A stretch of DNA of 63,811 nucleotides, counting the filler, from Chiloscyllium plagiosum (lineage: Eukaryota): NCBI RefSeq assembly GCF_004010195.1. It is 3 parts of one record of this genome, joined end to end, with 100 filler letters (N's around TTAATTAATTAA, not from the genome) between each part and the next. Parts side by side here need not be neighbours in the genome. Positions count along the whole stretch, not along the records: positions 31,863 to 58,936 come from NC_057714.1; positions 59,037 to 63,811 come from NC_057714.1; 1 more part is not named here. The stretch is one strand, 5' to 3'. Shown here piece by piece: positions 51,441-63,811 of this stretch. The notes below the pieces were generated by a model. That model was given only the letters and a program-made list of their open reading frames with translations, ran no database searches and was not told where the DNA came from. Position 1 is the first letter of the stretch, and every line of letters begins with the position of its first letter. The position numbers and the translations under genes were made by a program.

Positions 51441-52054
51441 AGTTTAAATAAATTTGCCCAATCTTAAATTTGCAAGATTTTCGAAACATAATTTTTTTCT
51501 GTAAGCATTGACTCTTAGCCTAGAAGCATACTTCTATAGATTATTATCCTGTTACCTTACTCAAGGATTAATATTCATCAGAGTCTCAACAATAACAGAT
51601 AATCCAATTTTGAACTGTATCGCAACTGTCCTTGTGTAATATTCACATTATTGGCTTTCCTTTTGTGATTTTGTTGTTAAGTGGCAAACAAAGTAATAGG
51701 TCTGAATAGGAATTGTCCATAATTATTTATCATTTCAGAAAACAAAACAATCTGCAGCAGAAGGTAATGTCCAACTCGCTTTTGAAACCTCTTATGGAAT
51801 TTGCCTCTACCACTCTCTCAAGTCAGCACATTCCAAATCCTAATAATTCTCTGAGTAAAGTTTCTCATTATCTCATTCCTATAGCTCTCTTGCTGACAAT
51901 TTTGAAATTGTGACCCCTAGCCAGTGACATATCCAGCTAGTGGAAACAGAATTTCCTTCTTTTCTCTGTCAAAAGTGTTCATAATTTTGAACAGCTCAAT
52001 AAAGAAGAACTGAAGATCAGCAAGCTAATGGAAAAGATGCTTGTAACTAACCAT

Positions 52055-52985
52055 CTTCAGCTGCTTCATCAATGACCTTCCCTCTATCATAAGGTCAGGA
52101 GTGAGGATGTTCTCGAATGATTGCATAATGTTCAGCACCATTCACAATTCTTCAAATACCAAAAGCAGTCCGTGTTCAAATGCAACAAGGTTTGGACAAG
52201 ATCTAGGCTTAGGCTGAGAAGTGGCAAGTAACATGCCCGCCACACAAATGCCAGCCTGTGATCAATGAGAGACAATTTAACCAAAGCATTCAATGGTATT
52301 ACCAACACAAAATCCCCCACTACCAACATCTGGGGGGGGTTACCATTGACCAGAAACTCAAATGGACTTGCCACATAAACAGTTTGGCTAAAATAGCAGG
52401 ACAGAGGCTAGAAATACTGCAGCAAGTAGCTCACCTCCTGATTCCCTAAAGCCTGTCCATCATCTACAAGGCACAAGTCAGGAGAGCAATGAAATACATC
52501 CCACCTGCGTGGATGGGTGCAGCTCCTACAACTTTGAAGAAGTTTAACGTTATCCAGGACAAAGCAGCTGCTTGATTGACACCACATCTACAAACATCTA
52601 TTCCCCCTACCACCGATGCTCAGTGGCAGCATATGTACTATTTGCAAGGTGTACTGCAGAAACTCACCAAAATTCCTCAGATAGCACCTTCCAAATCCCA
52701 TGACCACTTCCACCTAGAAGAATAAGGGCAACACATACATGGGAACAGCACCACCAAGTTCCCCTCCAAGTCATTCACCAGCCTGACTTGGAAATATATC
52801 ACCGTTCCTTCACTTTCGCTGGGTCAAAATCCTGGAATTGTCTTCCTAATGGCATTGTGGGTGAACCCACAGCAGGTGGACTGCAGTGGTTCAAGAAGGT
52901 AGCTCACCATAACATTCTGAAGCCAACGAGGGACAGGCAATAAATGTTGGCCAGCCAGGGATGCCCACCTTCCACAAATAATGAA
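52055..52985 (+). mobile_element. Second-lineage CR1/L2-group LINE 3' fragment
   Basis: LGGVTIDQKLKWTCHINSLAKIAGQRLEIL; downstream IYKAQVR and IQDKAA. Confidence 0.85.
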
Positions 52986-53274
52986 ATGATGCTTTCAATC
53001 AGACCAAGCAGCTGGCAAATGGACTAATTTGTTATTTATCTCATGCTGAGATCAAGTCAGTGTTTCATATCTTATGACTATTCCCTCTATCTGAACATAC
53101 AGGGCAATGTAAACGCAAGTCTATATAATCAAGTCCTCAAGGATAATGAGACAAATGCACATTTACATGCTGAAAATATATCAGAATGTGACCTTATCAG
53201 GTTGGGTCAAATATTAGAAAAGAAGCAATTGGCAATCATGTTTGTAAGGATTCAAATGGGAGTGGGAGGAGGGG

Positions 53275-53425
53275 GAAGCAACATTTCGGGTAAAAGCCAT
53301 GAAGAGCTTTTCCCTGAAATATTAATCCTCCTGCTCCTTGCATGCTGCCTGACCTGCTGTGCTTTTCCAGCACTACTCTAATCTTGACTCTGATCTCCAG
53401 CATCTGCAGTCCTCACTCTTGCCTA
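53275..53425. mobile_element. Fold-back family A, degraded
   Basis: atgctgcctgacctgctgtgcttttccagc...ctgcagtcctcact; agtgggagg on both flanks. Confidence 0.8.
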
Positions 53426-55074
53426 GTGGGAGGGGGGAGTCTGGGCAGAGAAAGGCCTCTCTGGACTTACAAGCTGGTTTCTTAGTCCGTATCACATTGA
53501 CCTAAATATAAGATCTTCTTTGTAGTAAGAGGGCATCTATATGTTTTTCAAAAGTTTCCAATTTGATACAAAAACTAGTTTTTTTTTAAAAATGGTTTTA
53601 CTGGTATTGCTTCAATATTTGAAAACATAAGTTATATTAAAATCTCAAGTTTCTCAGGAAGTGTTTGGGGAACAGAATGATCTGGATGGTTTTGCAGTCT
53701 GCCTTTTATGTGTCAATACATCGTGCAGGATTAAAGACTGGTTATAAATTGCTGCAATTTATTGTAAAATATGCTTGACTTGGTATGTTCATTACACTGT
53801 CAACCTTACTTTGAGGTTCTCAATGTAGTTTGTCCTTCTGACTCAGGCATCCGATTTCTTGGATTCAACTTTACATATGGAGGATATCAAAACCCACTCC
53901 TGAAGTTGGAGTATCAGTAAAGGATATTCAATGGAGAAAATTATGCAACAATCTTAGTGGTCATTGGTGTTCTTAGTGGTCCAGTCCAAGAATTAAGAAA
54001 TGACATAATCTAAAGCTACTCAAAGTCCAAAGAATTTGACAAGTGCAACTCCAGAGGAATGAGATACAACAGAAGTTGCAAGTTTATTGTCAGAAGTGTA
54101 CTATCAAAACTTTCAACCATGGTTCAGGTGATTGCAACATTGCCACAGAATCAGATGCTAGTGGGTTCAAGTCCCACACCCAGTGACTTACTGCCCATAA
54201 TTTTTCACTCTTCCTTGAATGCAGTTGTGATGAGCGTACTAAAAATATTACACTCTAGTCAAAAAAGGGAAGACAGTAAAACCAGATTGAGTAAGACAAG
54301 GATCCATGGGTCCTAACAGCACAGTTGGATTAATAAACTACATTTCCGTGTGGGTTTGGGAATAATTTTCATACACTTTATCTTGGAAGTTTTAATTATT
54401 TGTCACCAAAGATTAAATTTCAGCTTTTCTTTGGCAGCTATTAAGTTCAGTGGCCAAACCATCATAAACCACAAAAATATCAGCAAATTTTCAGTAATTA
54501 CATTATACCTATTAATCCAATACAAATAAAATCAGATGACCAAACAAGAGATGTTTAAACATGTTTTAAAACCATATAAATTTACGAAACTGTTTTACCT
54601 TCAGTAAGATTTATCTGCTTTGATCTTCATGAAGCAAAACCTATTTCAGCAGATTTAAAATTTCTAATCAGTTATTCTCCATCATCCTGAAGATCCTGAT
54701 GCTATATAAATAAGATAACTAGTTAGTCAAACATTATACAATCAACAGCCTTGGCCATTTTAGGAACTTGGAGCTAGTGTTAATTTTAACCCAATATATT
54801 GTTCACACAAAAACAGTTTATGCAATTGCATTATTCAGACCTGTATCGTACAGCTAATAAATATGCTAAATTCCCTATTTACTTGAGGCTACTTATGACT
54901 TTCTGAAGATGAGGTAAACCAATCCATTCATCTTTAGTTACTCCATTCAAACCAAAACCATTAAATATTCCATTGCATGACCTAATTGTTTCTTAAATGG
55001 CTCCAAGATTTCTGCTCATTCAAGTATTTCTGCAGGTGCAATCAATCCTTTCCTAGCCAGGTTAAGTTACATAT

Positions 55075-55165
55075 TTGTAGTAGTTGTTGGTATATGCGTC
55101 GAGCTGGGAATTTGGTTTGCAGACATTTCATCTCCTTTCTAGGTGACATCCTCAGTGCTGTGGAG
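55075..55165 (-). mobile_element. Penelope 3' terminal fragment with degenerate hammerhead
   Basis: gcagacatttcatctcctttctaggtgacatcctcagtgc matches 37547-37587. Confidence 0.75.
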
Positions 55166-55908
55166 CGTTCCTGTACTGTGCTGTTGGAATTTATTAGGTT
55201 TTGTGGGATTATGGTTATATCAAATACTTCCTTAAAATTTAAATGCACTTGTTTGCACTTATTTAAAAGTATTTGCAATCCAGTGGCACCATTATATAGC
55301 TCTAACAAGCACAGCATGCGGTTATTTTTTAAAAATCACTTACGACATTGTTATTAAAAGTCTGACATGATCTTCAACACTGATTAAAAATATAATTAAT
55401 TTTCAAAGGACTGACAAATTCTGGCAATTAAATAGTAACTGTTGCTATAGTCCCATTGTTAGTTTAAGAAAGGTTCTCTATATTAATGGAGTATTGATGG
55501 AAAACAACGCACTTTGTTAACAGATTTTGTCTTGCACTCATCAGGACAATTCAGAGGAAATAGGCGACAACCATTTTCTGCTTCAATTCTCATGACAATA
55601 CCTTGACAGAGTCAATCTGCCCGGTTTAAAAAATTCAATAATTAATCAACCCGAGTTCTCCCTGGCAACACCTCTACTAAAGTCCATTTACCAAACAATC
55701 AGCACTCTCCTCCCATATATTATCAATGTTGGGTGGAATTTTCCAAACTTTAAAGCAGATTAAGTATTAGCATGAAATGTAGAAAAATGAACAAAAAAAC
55801 AGAATTTCAAAGTCAAGAATTTCCACCCCCATCTGCCCCAGTGTTTGCCCTTAGATGTTCAGAATCTCATGAGGTGATGAGCTCATTTCCATGTCATCAA
55901 TTGCCCAA

Positions 55909-55981
55909 ACCTCACAAAAGATAGTGGCTAGTATCCCTGCCTGTCATGTGGAAGACCAGGATTCAATTCCGGGTTGGGGAG
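55909..55981 (+). pseudogene. tRNA-Asp(GTC) pseudogene or tRNA-derived fragment
   Basis: atagtggctagtatccctgcctGTCatgtggaagaccaggattcaattcc...ggggag parallels vertebrate tRNA-Asp, with CpG decay and broken stems. Confidence 0.75.
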
Positions 55982-56589
55982 AAGAATTTAATCAGCAAGA
56001 AAATCAAGTTATGGGGAAAAGGCAGGAAAATGGAGTTATGGGATCAGCCATGACCTCAATACATGGTGAAGCAGACTTAAGCGAAATNNNNNNNNNNNNN
56101 NNNNNNNNNNNNNNNNNNNNNNNNNNNNNNNNNNNNNNNNNNNNNNNNNNNNNNNNNNNNNNNNNNNNNNNNNNNNNNNNNNNNNNNNNNNNNNNNNNNN
56201 NNNNNNNNNNNNNNNNNNNNNNNNNNNNNNNNNNNNNNNNNNNNNNNNNNNNNNNNNNNNNNNNNNNNNNNNNNNNNNNNNNNNNNNNNNNNNNNNNNNN
56301 NNNNNNNNNNNNNNNNNNNNNNNNNNNNNNNNNNNNNNNNNNNNNNNNNNNNNNNNNNNNNNNNNNNNNNNNNNNNNNNNNNNNNNNNNNNNNNNNNNNN
56401 NNNNNNNNNNNNNNNNNNNNNNNNNNNNNNNNNNNNNNNNNNNNNNNNNNNNNNNNNNNNNNNNNNNNNNNNNNNNNNNNNNNNNNNNNNNNNNNNNNNN
56501 NNNNNNNNNNNNNNNNNNNNNNNNNNNNNNNNNNNNNNNNNNNNNNNNNNNNNNNNNNNNNNNNNNNNNNNNNNNNNNNNNNNNNNNCA

Positions 56590-58130
56590 GAATCAGTTTT
56601 ATGACCTCTGCTCTTTGCGAATTTTATTAATGGCTTGGATGAGGAAGTGGAAGTGTGGGTTAGTATGTTTGCCGAAAACACAAAGTTTGGTGGAGTTCTG
56701 TATGATGTTGAGAAATGTTGTAGTTTGCAATGGAAAATTGACAGGATTTAAAACTGCGCTGATGAGAAGAAGATCAAGTTAAACGTGGAAAAGTGTGAAG
56801 TCATTCACTTTGGAAGATCAAATTTGAATGTAGAATATTGGGCTAAAGGCAGTAGTTTTGGCTGTGAGTGGGAACAGAGGGACCTTGGGGTCCATGTCGA
56901 CAGATCCCTCACAGTTTCCACCCAGGTTGATGGGAAATCGACAAAAGCAAGGACTGCAGATGCTGGAGATCAGAGTCAAGATTAGAGTGGTGCCAGAAAG
57001 CATTGTAGGTCACGGAGCATCCGAGGAGCAGGAAAACAGACGTTTCAAGCAGGAGCTTTTCATCATCTGATGAAGGGCTTCTGCCCCAAATATCACTTTC
57101 CCCGCTCCTCGGATGCTGCCTGACCTGCTTTGCTTTTCCAACACCACCCTAATGTTGATCCAGGTTGGTGTGGTTGTTAAGAAAGTGTATATTGTGTTGG
57201 CTTTCACAAGCTGGGGAACTGAGTTTCAGAGTTGTGAGATTATGCTACAGCTCTATCAAGCTCGGAATAAACCACTGTTATGAAGTTGAAGGTGTGTATA
57301 GTACCTTTTAAGAGAAAGTGAATGTTGTTTTGCACTGAGAGCTTGCAAGTACCTGTTGTATGACCAGCTAGCAGATCCCAAAGTATACTGCAAAATATAG
57401 AGCATGCAACGTTTGGCTGTGAAACAGATACCTTGAGTTTTGGTTGCTAATTGACAACAAGTCGAATTTAACCATTCAGTTTAAATTATGCCCCAGGATA
57501 CAAAAGTCAATCGATTTTGAATTTATTCTTTTGCCAACATCCAACCAATGAGATGATCAAATATTGAGTGGCATAAAAGAGGCCGGCAGTTCGCAAGTTA
57601 GGCTGAGGATTACTGCCGTCTAGAGAGAGACTGCCATGCAAAACTCTCTTTGACAAAGATAGCGTTTTTGTATGAAACCTCCTCGCACTAAAATTCATAA
57701 GACAACCCAGGAAGATCTTCAGCTGAAAGAAAGAGGACACTGGAGATGACAGAAGCTGGGTGGTTTTGAAATTAATTTGATGCAATTTTAATATGAGCTT
57801 TTCTTATTGGAACATTGTGTTGTTATAAATTTGGAGGCAAATACCAATCAGTTCCGAGAAAGAGGGGCTTAGAGTTGTGAATAGTTTTTGTTCAATGTTC
57901 ACTTTTAGAGTTAAGGAATCAATTGATACTATTTATACTTAAAGAGTGAATTTTGAGATTTATACTTTAACAGCTTACTTTGTGAGTTGAGCTTTTATGG
58001 CTGTTTGGTTTAATTAGCAGAAGGGTTCATCGCCATGATGTAACACCGCACGTGAAACATTGTGTTCAGCTCTGGTCGCCTTGTCATAGTAAAATGTGGA
58101 AGCTATAGAGAGGGTGCAGAGGATTTCCAA
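56590..58130 (+). mobile_element. Old CR1 RT fragment interrupted by a family A fold-back (~56945-57155) and a solo LTR
   Basis: EKCEVIHFGRSN, QRDLGVHV; CR1 resumes at 58046. Confidence 0.8.
57276..58045. mobile_element. Solo LTR (TGTTA...TAACA)
   Basis: 5 bp inverted termini, flanks ccac/ccgc, splits a CR1; related to 18722-19444. Confidence 0.78.
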
Positions 58131-58221
58131 CAGTGCAACAGAGATTTTGATACACACCACACAGAGCACCTGAAATATTGAGAATGTCACCACGTGAAAA
58201 AGTAAATACTGGTAGATTCTC

Positions 58222-58445
58222 GATGTCTGTATCAGCATCAGTGTGTCAGTGTCTGTATAGTATGCCTGTATTGATGACAGAGTATCTGTGTATGCATGTG
58301 CATCAGAGTATCGGTATGTGTCTCTATGCGTCTGTATTAGTATTTATGTGTGTGTGTATCTATAATCTATAATGTGTGTCTTTGCGTGTCTGTATTCGTC
58401 TCTGTGTGCAACTGCGTGTCTCTGTGTGTATCCATGTGCATAGCG
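58222..58445. repeat. Degenerate TG/TC-rich microsatellite
   Basis: gtgtctgtat / gtgtgt repeats. Confidence 0.7.
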
Positions 58446-59036
58446 GATATGTCAGCCTCTGTGGGGTTTAAAGCGAAGCAATATCCCCTCGGTTGGCCTT
58501 CACACTCTACTATGTCCATGGCATTCCTGGTGAACTGCTCCGGCCCAAAAAGTTAATTTTCCGGCTCCTCAGAAACAGCCTGACCTGCTGTGCTCCTCCA
58601 GCACTCTGATCTCCAGCATCTGCAAACCTCACTTTCTCACGTCAGAGTTTCAGTCTGGGAGGCGGCCAGCCAAACTGACAGCACCGTCACAACACGCACA
58701 TGCATACACGCAAATAGATAGGTATAGGGAGTATTGTAATTGTACTGAGGACCCCAAAAGTGGAGAATGCTTATGTAGAGTAATTTCTGCGCTCCTTCTA
58801 CAACGTGGAAGTGATTTGTCTTTCAAGATTATTCGTGACACGGAGTGTCCACAATAAAGAGTATTTCCATTGCAACTGCATCCAATGAAGGTCGACTGAA
58901 ACAAGGGGACATAAATTTAAGGTTAAGGGTGGAAGGNNNNNNNNNNNNNNNNNNNNNNNNNNNNNNNNNNNNNNNNNNNNTTAATTAATTAANNNNNNNN
59001 NNNNNNNNNNNNNNNNNNNNNNNNNNNNNNNNNNNN

Positions 59037-60277
59037 GGATTTGTGGAGGGTAGGTCTTGCCTTACAAGTCTGATTGAATTCTTCGAGAAGGTGTCCAAGC
59101 ATGTGGATGAGGGAAGAGCAGTGGATGTAGTGTACATGGATTTTAGTAAGGCATTTGATAAGGTTCCCCATGGTAGGCTTATGCGGAAAGTCAGGAGGCA
59201 TGGATAGAGGGAAATTTGGCCAATTGGATAGAAAACTGGCTAACCGGTCGAAGGCAGAGAGTGGTGGTAGATGGTAAATATTCAGCCTGGAGCCCAGTTA
59301 CAAGTGGAGTTCCGCAGGGATCAGTTCTGGGTCCTCTGCTGTTTGTAATTTTTGTTCATGACTTAGATGAGGGAGTCGAAGGGTGGGTCAGTAAATTTGC
59401 AGATGATACGAAGATAGGTGGAGTTGTGGACAGTGAGGAGGGCTGTTGTCGGCTGCAGAGGGACTTAGATATGATGCAGAGCTGGGCTGAGGAGTGGCAG
59501 ATGGAGTTCAACCCTGTCAAGTGTGAGGTTGTCCATTTTGGAAGAACAAATAAGAATGCGGAATACAGGGTTAATGGTAGGGTTCTTAGTCAGGTGGAGG
59601 AACAGAGGGATCTTGGGGTCTATGTACATAGATCTTTGAAGGTTGCCACTCAGGTGGATAGAGTTTGTAAGAAGGCCTATGGAGTATTATCGTTCATTAG
59701 CAGAGGGATTGAATTCAAGAGTCGTTAAGTGATGTTGCAGCTGTACAGGACTTTGGTTAGGCCACAGTTGGAGTACTGTGTGCAGTTCTGGTCGCTTCAC
59801 TTTAGGAAAGATGTGGAAGCTTTGGAGAGGGTGCAGAGAAGATTTACCAGGATGTTGCCTGGAATGGAGAGGAAGTCGTACGAGGATAGGTTGAGAGTTC
59901 TCGGCCTTTTCTTGTTGGAACGGCGAAGGATGAGGGGTGAGTTGATAGAGGTTTATAAGATGATCAGAGGAATAGATAGAGTAGACAGTCAGAAACTTTT
60001 TCCCTGGGTACAACAGAGTGTTACAAGGGGACATAAATTTAAGGTGAAGGGTGGAAGGTATAGGGGAGATGTCAGGGGTGGGTTCTTTACCCAGAGAGTG
60101 GTGGGGGCATGGAGTGCGCTGCCCGTGGGAGTGGTAGAGTCGGAATCATTAGTGACCTTTAAGCGGCATTTGGATAGGTACATGGATGGGTACTTAATCT
60201 AGGTTAGAAGTTCGGCACAACATCGTGGGCCGAAGGGCCTGTTCTGTGCTGTATTGTTCTATGTTCTATGTTCTATA
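59037..60277 (+). mobile_element. Young CR1 RT and 3' end with (ttctatg)3 tail
   Basis: Near-continuous frame SGVPQGSVLGPLLF, FADDTK, FFTQRVV with one in-frame stop at 59726; CpGs retained. Confidence 0.95.
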
Positions 60278-62042
60278 GCTGATTGTAACAAACTTGCCCA
60301 TAAATGTATAGGTGGCAACAAACAATTGTTTACTAACACACAGAGAAGCTAAAGAGATAAATAACTGAATAGTGAATGGGACACTAATTACAATAAGAGG
60401 AATCTGATAAATGAAAAAAAATGCATCTCAAACAAGTGAAAGAAACAGTGTAGAAAAGAAAAATAATTCAAGGAACACAACATGTCATTTTTACTGTGAA
60501 ACAAGGTATATGAAAGCAGAGTGCTGAAAGCTGAAAGTCAAATGAATAGTTTTGATGAGAGTTTCAGTGTTTCTCCAGAAAATGTTCTATCAGTGAGTGA
60601 AGCCTGTAGCAAACTAACATCATCTAATGTATAAAAACTGAAAGAACTGCGGATACTGTAAATCAGAAACAAAAACAGAAATTGCTGGAAAAGCTCAGTA
60701 GATCTGGCAACATATTTGGACAGAAATCAAGTTAACATTTTGGGTCAAGTGACATTTAGAACTTCTTCAGAACAATCTAATGTATGGGAGTTTTATACAT
60801 GAGGTTGAAATAACTCTACTTTCATCTAGAGTTAAAGAAATTGTTGTTCTTCAGGATATAGGATCGGCTCAAAGTTTGACGGTCTTAAAAGATGTGCACT
60901 TGTCTCTGGAGTGTTTGTTAAATAGACCCATACAGATGCAGAATATTAATAGAAATTGTTTACCGGTTCCATTGTGTTGAGTGAATTTAAAATGGGGCTT
61001 TAGTTGAAGTGGTATCAATTATGTTGATTTTGATTTTATATTAGGAAATGACACATCATGTGATAAATGGTGAACATCAATTAAGATTAATACTAGTCAA
61101 CATTAAAGAGCCAATTACTAGGTTTTCTTGAGTGAAAGTAAGGAATTTAAATTACTCACTAATCCTGAGGGAAATAATAAGACTTGACATCAAAGTACAT
61201 ATACACAAACAGGTTTTCATGTTTAAAAGGGGAGTGTCTAGTCCAAAAAGGAAAATCAAGAATAGGCAATTTAAAAGACACCTTTCTTCAGGTGTTAGGT
61301 TTTAAACTGAAACCCATGATTGCTTAATTGATGTCTTGTATTCTCAGTAGTGGTAAAGCTTGTAGATATCCTTGAGTTCTTAGTGAATGGATGTTTCTCC
61401 AATTTGCTTTATGACCAAGCATGGCTTTTCACTATCTGGCTTCATTGCTTTTCAAGCTGGATAATGTACAAATGATTTTCACCCAAATGCATGAAACTTA
61501 CAGGAATGTGTGAATCAATCAAGAGGTACCTTATAAAAATTATGCTAATTGCAGCTCAGACTTATTCTTATTTTTTAATGGTTTTATAAGTTTGGCTCAA
61601 CTTAATCAGGTGATCAGTTCATTAACCTCACTGATTTCCCCTTTTTTAAAATGCCATTTTAATCCATGAAAGGTCCGAGATATTAAGAATCAGACGATGG
61701 AATTCCATCTTACCACAGTAAAAGCACAGGGATGACCAGGCCAAAGATACAATTGCCTAACCAAGAACATAGAAACACTATGAAGTTTCTTTCATGCTAA
61801 ATGTAAAACCAAGGTTGCCTCATTCATTGGAGAATAAGTCATATTAGTTCAGTTAAGAATCAGCAGATTGTGCACAATAATTGTCAAACATGAAACGGCA
61901 AAGTGCATCACCATAATTCACACCATGCATCCTGCACAACATCTGGGAGCAGGACATGCAGGGAGCAAGGATCATGGGCGCAGATGGTGAACTCCTGCAC
62001 TTTTCAGTGAAATGGAGAATCATTGGTCTGTTGCAGATAGTG

Positions 62043-62165
62043 GATTCTGGATCAGTGGTGCTGGAAGAGCACAGCTGCTCGTCGGATGCTGCCTGAATTG
62101 CTGTGCTCTTCCAGCACCACTGATCCAGAATCTGGTTTCCAGCATCTGCAGTCATTGTTTTTACC
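62043..62165. mobile_element. Fold-back family A variant with deleted centre
   Basis: gattctggatcagtggtgctggaagagcacagc / gctgtgctcttccagcaccactgatccagaatc; 15 bp TSD ctgttgcagatagtg. Confidence 0.88.
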
Positions 62166-62378
62166 CTGTTGCAGATAGTGTCTAGTGCATGAATGAACTT
62201 CCAAGCAGGCTGCCTATGTTTACAGGATAGGAGCAGCATGTCATGGGAGATTGACTGCACATTTCAAGTGACATATCCTCCTGATTTAGCTGTGGGAAGC
62301 AAAGGATTAGAATTTCGTACCTCACACTACCATGACAGCACCATCACAAAAAATTGATTGACTCATGAAGAAGGTTGA

Positions 62379-62535
62379 GCCAAAAAGTGGGGTGCTGGAA
62401 AAGCACAGCAGATCAGGCAGCATTCGAGGGGCAGGAGAGTCGACGTTTCGGATATAAGCCCTTCATCAAGCTTTTCCAGCACCACCCTTTTCTACTCTGA
62501 CTCTCCAGCATCTGCAGTCCTCACTTTCTCCCAGT
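62379..62535. mobile_element. Fold-back family A with partially deleted right arm
   Basis: gacgtttcggatataagcccttcatcaag; TSD aagaaggttga at 62368-62378 and 62540-62550. Confidence 0.85.
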
Positions 62536-63002
62536 CACAAAGAAGGTTGACCAGGCAAGGAGCGTTAATAACTGCATCTTTGCAGCACATAAAAGCACAG
62601 ACCATATAACTGTTAAATGGTACTGAGCATTGGCATGAATCAACAATATTGCTGCATTTTGGAGACAAAGGCCTCTTATCATGGAATAAATACTGAAGCC
62701 ATTTCCACCCTCGATAGATGTTAAAAATGCAGACCTTTTGAAATGCTATGAGGAACTGAGGTCTTTCCAGCACACATTATCAGACTTCATTACCAAAACT
62801 AAAATGTCAGATCTTTTAACATATCACAAATCTCCAGCTTTTCTCAAAGTGCTGATGGAAGAAACCACTTCAGTTTTCTGATACTTAAACAAGAGGGAGG
62901 AGCTTTTTTTTAATTCATTCTCAGGATGGGCATGTCACTAGCTTGGCGAGCATTTATTTTTCCTCCTCTCCCTTGTCAGCCTTTGTTTTAAAAAATTCTC
63001 AA

Positions 63003-63430
63003 GGTCAGGTTCGTAGGAGAGTAGTCTGACACAGAACAAACGACCAAGAGGCGAGTCTGCTAGAATATGGGCATTTTATTCCCCGCAGCGTCGCCACAAC
63101 GGGTCTGGCTTATACTCACTCTACATGTTACCGGAACTGGGAGCCGTCAGTTCTCGTAGAGCGGTTGCCAACAACCCACGCTCGGCGGTTAAACGTAACC
63201 CCAGAGCAGACTCACCGAACTGGAGACTTTTCCAGCTGATATACTCTTTTCCAGATATAAACATTCATGTGAACAGCAGAGCAAGGCTAAAAAACACATT
63301 CCATTCTGGTTACATACAGATAAGAAGATTCACACGGGGAGGTGTGTAATAAGATTCACACGGGACTAAGCAACACCATCATTCCGGTTAGATTCACACA
63401 TGTATTGGGACATAATTTTTAACAGTTTCA
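63003..63430 (-). mobile_element. Probable ERV-type solo LTR, CpG-rich
   Basis: Locally high CpG, AATAAA on minus near 63077, repeated agattcacac motifs; boundaries uncertain. Confidence 0.45.
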
Positions 63431-63479
63431 CCACATTCCACTGCTTGGAATTTTACACCACATCAGCCTATCCCTGCCC

Positions 63480-63811
63480 CTCAAAACTCTATAAGGTCAT
63501 CCCTCAGCCTCCAATGCTCCAGAGAAAATAGCCCAGCCTGTTCAACCTCTCCCTACAGCTCAAACCTCCAACCCTGGCAACATTGTTTGTAAATCTTTTC
63601 TGCACCCTCTCAAGTTTAGCAACATCCTTCCTGTGGAAGGGTAACTAGAATTGTATGCCATAATGACCTCTCTAATGCACAGCCGCAACTTGAAGTCCTA
63701 GCTCGTATACTCAGTGTTCTACCTAATGAAGACAAGCATGCCAAATGTTGCCTTTGCCACCCTGTCTACCTGTGACTTCTATATTCACATCCAAATCATT
63801 TATATAAATGA
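63480..63811 (-). mobile_element. CR1 3' ORF2 fragment
   Basis: Similar to 30650-30960. Confidence 0.85.

Noticed and set aside
55909..55981. Functional tRNA-Asp gene
   Set aside because: Acceptor and T stems are disrupted and the B box is mutated; called a pseudogene instead.
55891..56681. Long ORFs of 225-237 aa
   Set aside because: They are open only because they run through N gaps.
1..63811. CRISPR array or prokaryotic operon/defence system
   Set aside because: No regularly spaced repeats; the RT ORFs are vertebrate LINE/ERV fragments inside a spliceosomal gene.

Overview
AT-rich vertebrate genomic DNA, inferred to be shark (elasmobranch) from its HE1/V-SINE and HER1/CR1-type LINE repeat content. 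The window lies inside PIP4K2A on the minus strand. Coding exon 2 (11654-11751) and exon 3 (3807-3903) are present with canonical GT-AG sites; the rest is intron 1 (>52 kb, to the right), intron 2 (7.75 kb) and part of intron 3. The introns hold many degraded CR1 LINEs (one near full length with an SGNH-esterase ORF1), V-SINEs, solo LTRs, a Gypsy remnant, a Penelope (GIY-YIG) element, a Tigger-like fragment and a tRNA-Asp pseudogene. There is also a 5' half of an endogenous retrovirus (LTR-PBS-gag-pro-RT) whose RT N-terminus resembles foamy/class III sequences. The most striking pattern is a set of at least three families of short (100-230 bp) non-coding fold-back elements. They carry a minimal hammerhead ribozyme core (CTGANGA...GAAAC/GTC) and are often flanked by 9-15 bp target-site duplications; the same ribozyme architecture sits in the neighbouring Penelope element. 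Four N gaps are present, two containing an artificial TTAATTAATTAA spacer. Family and protein assignments come from motif recognition and memory, not database searches.
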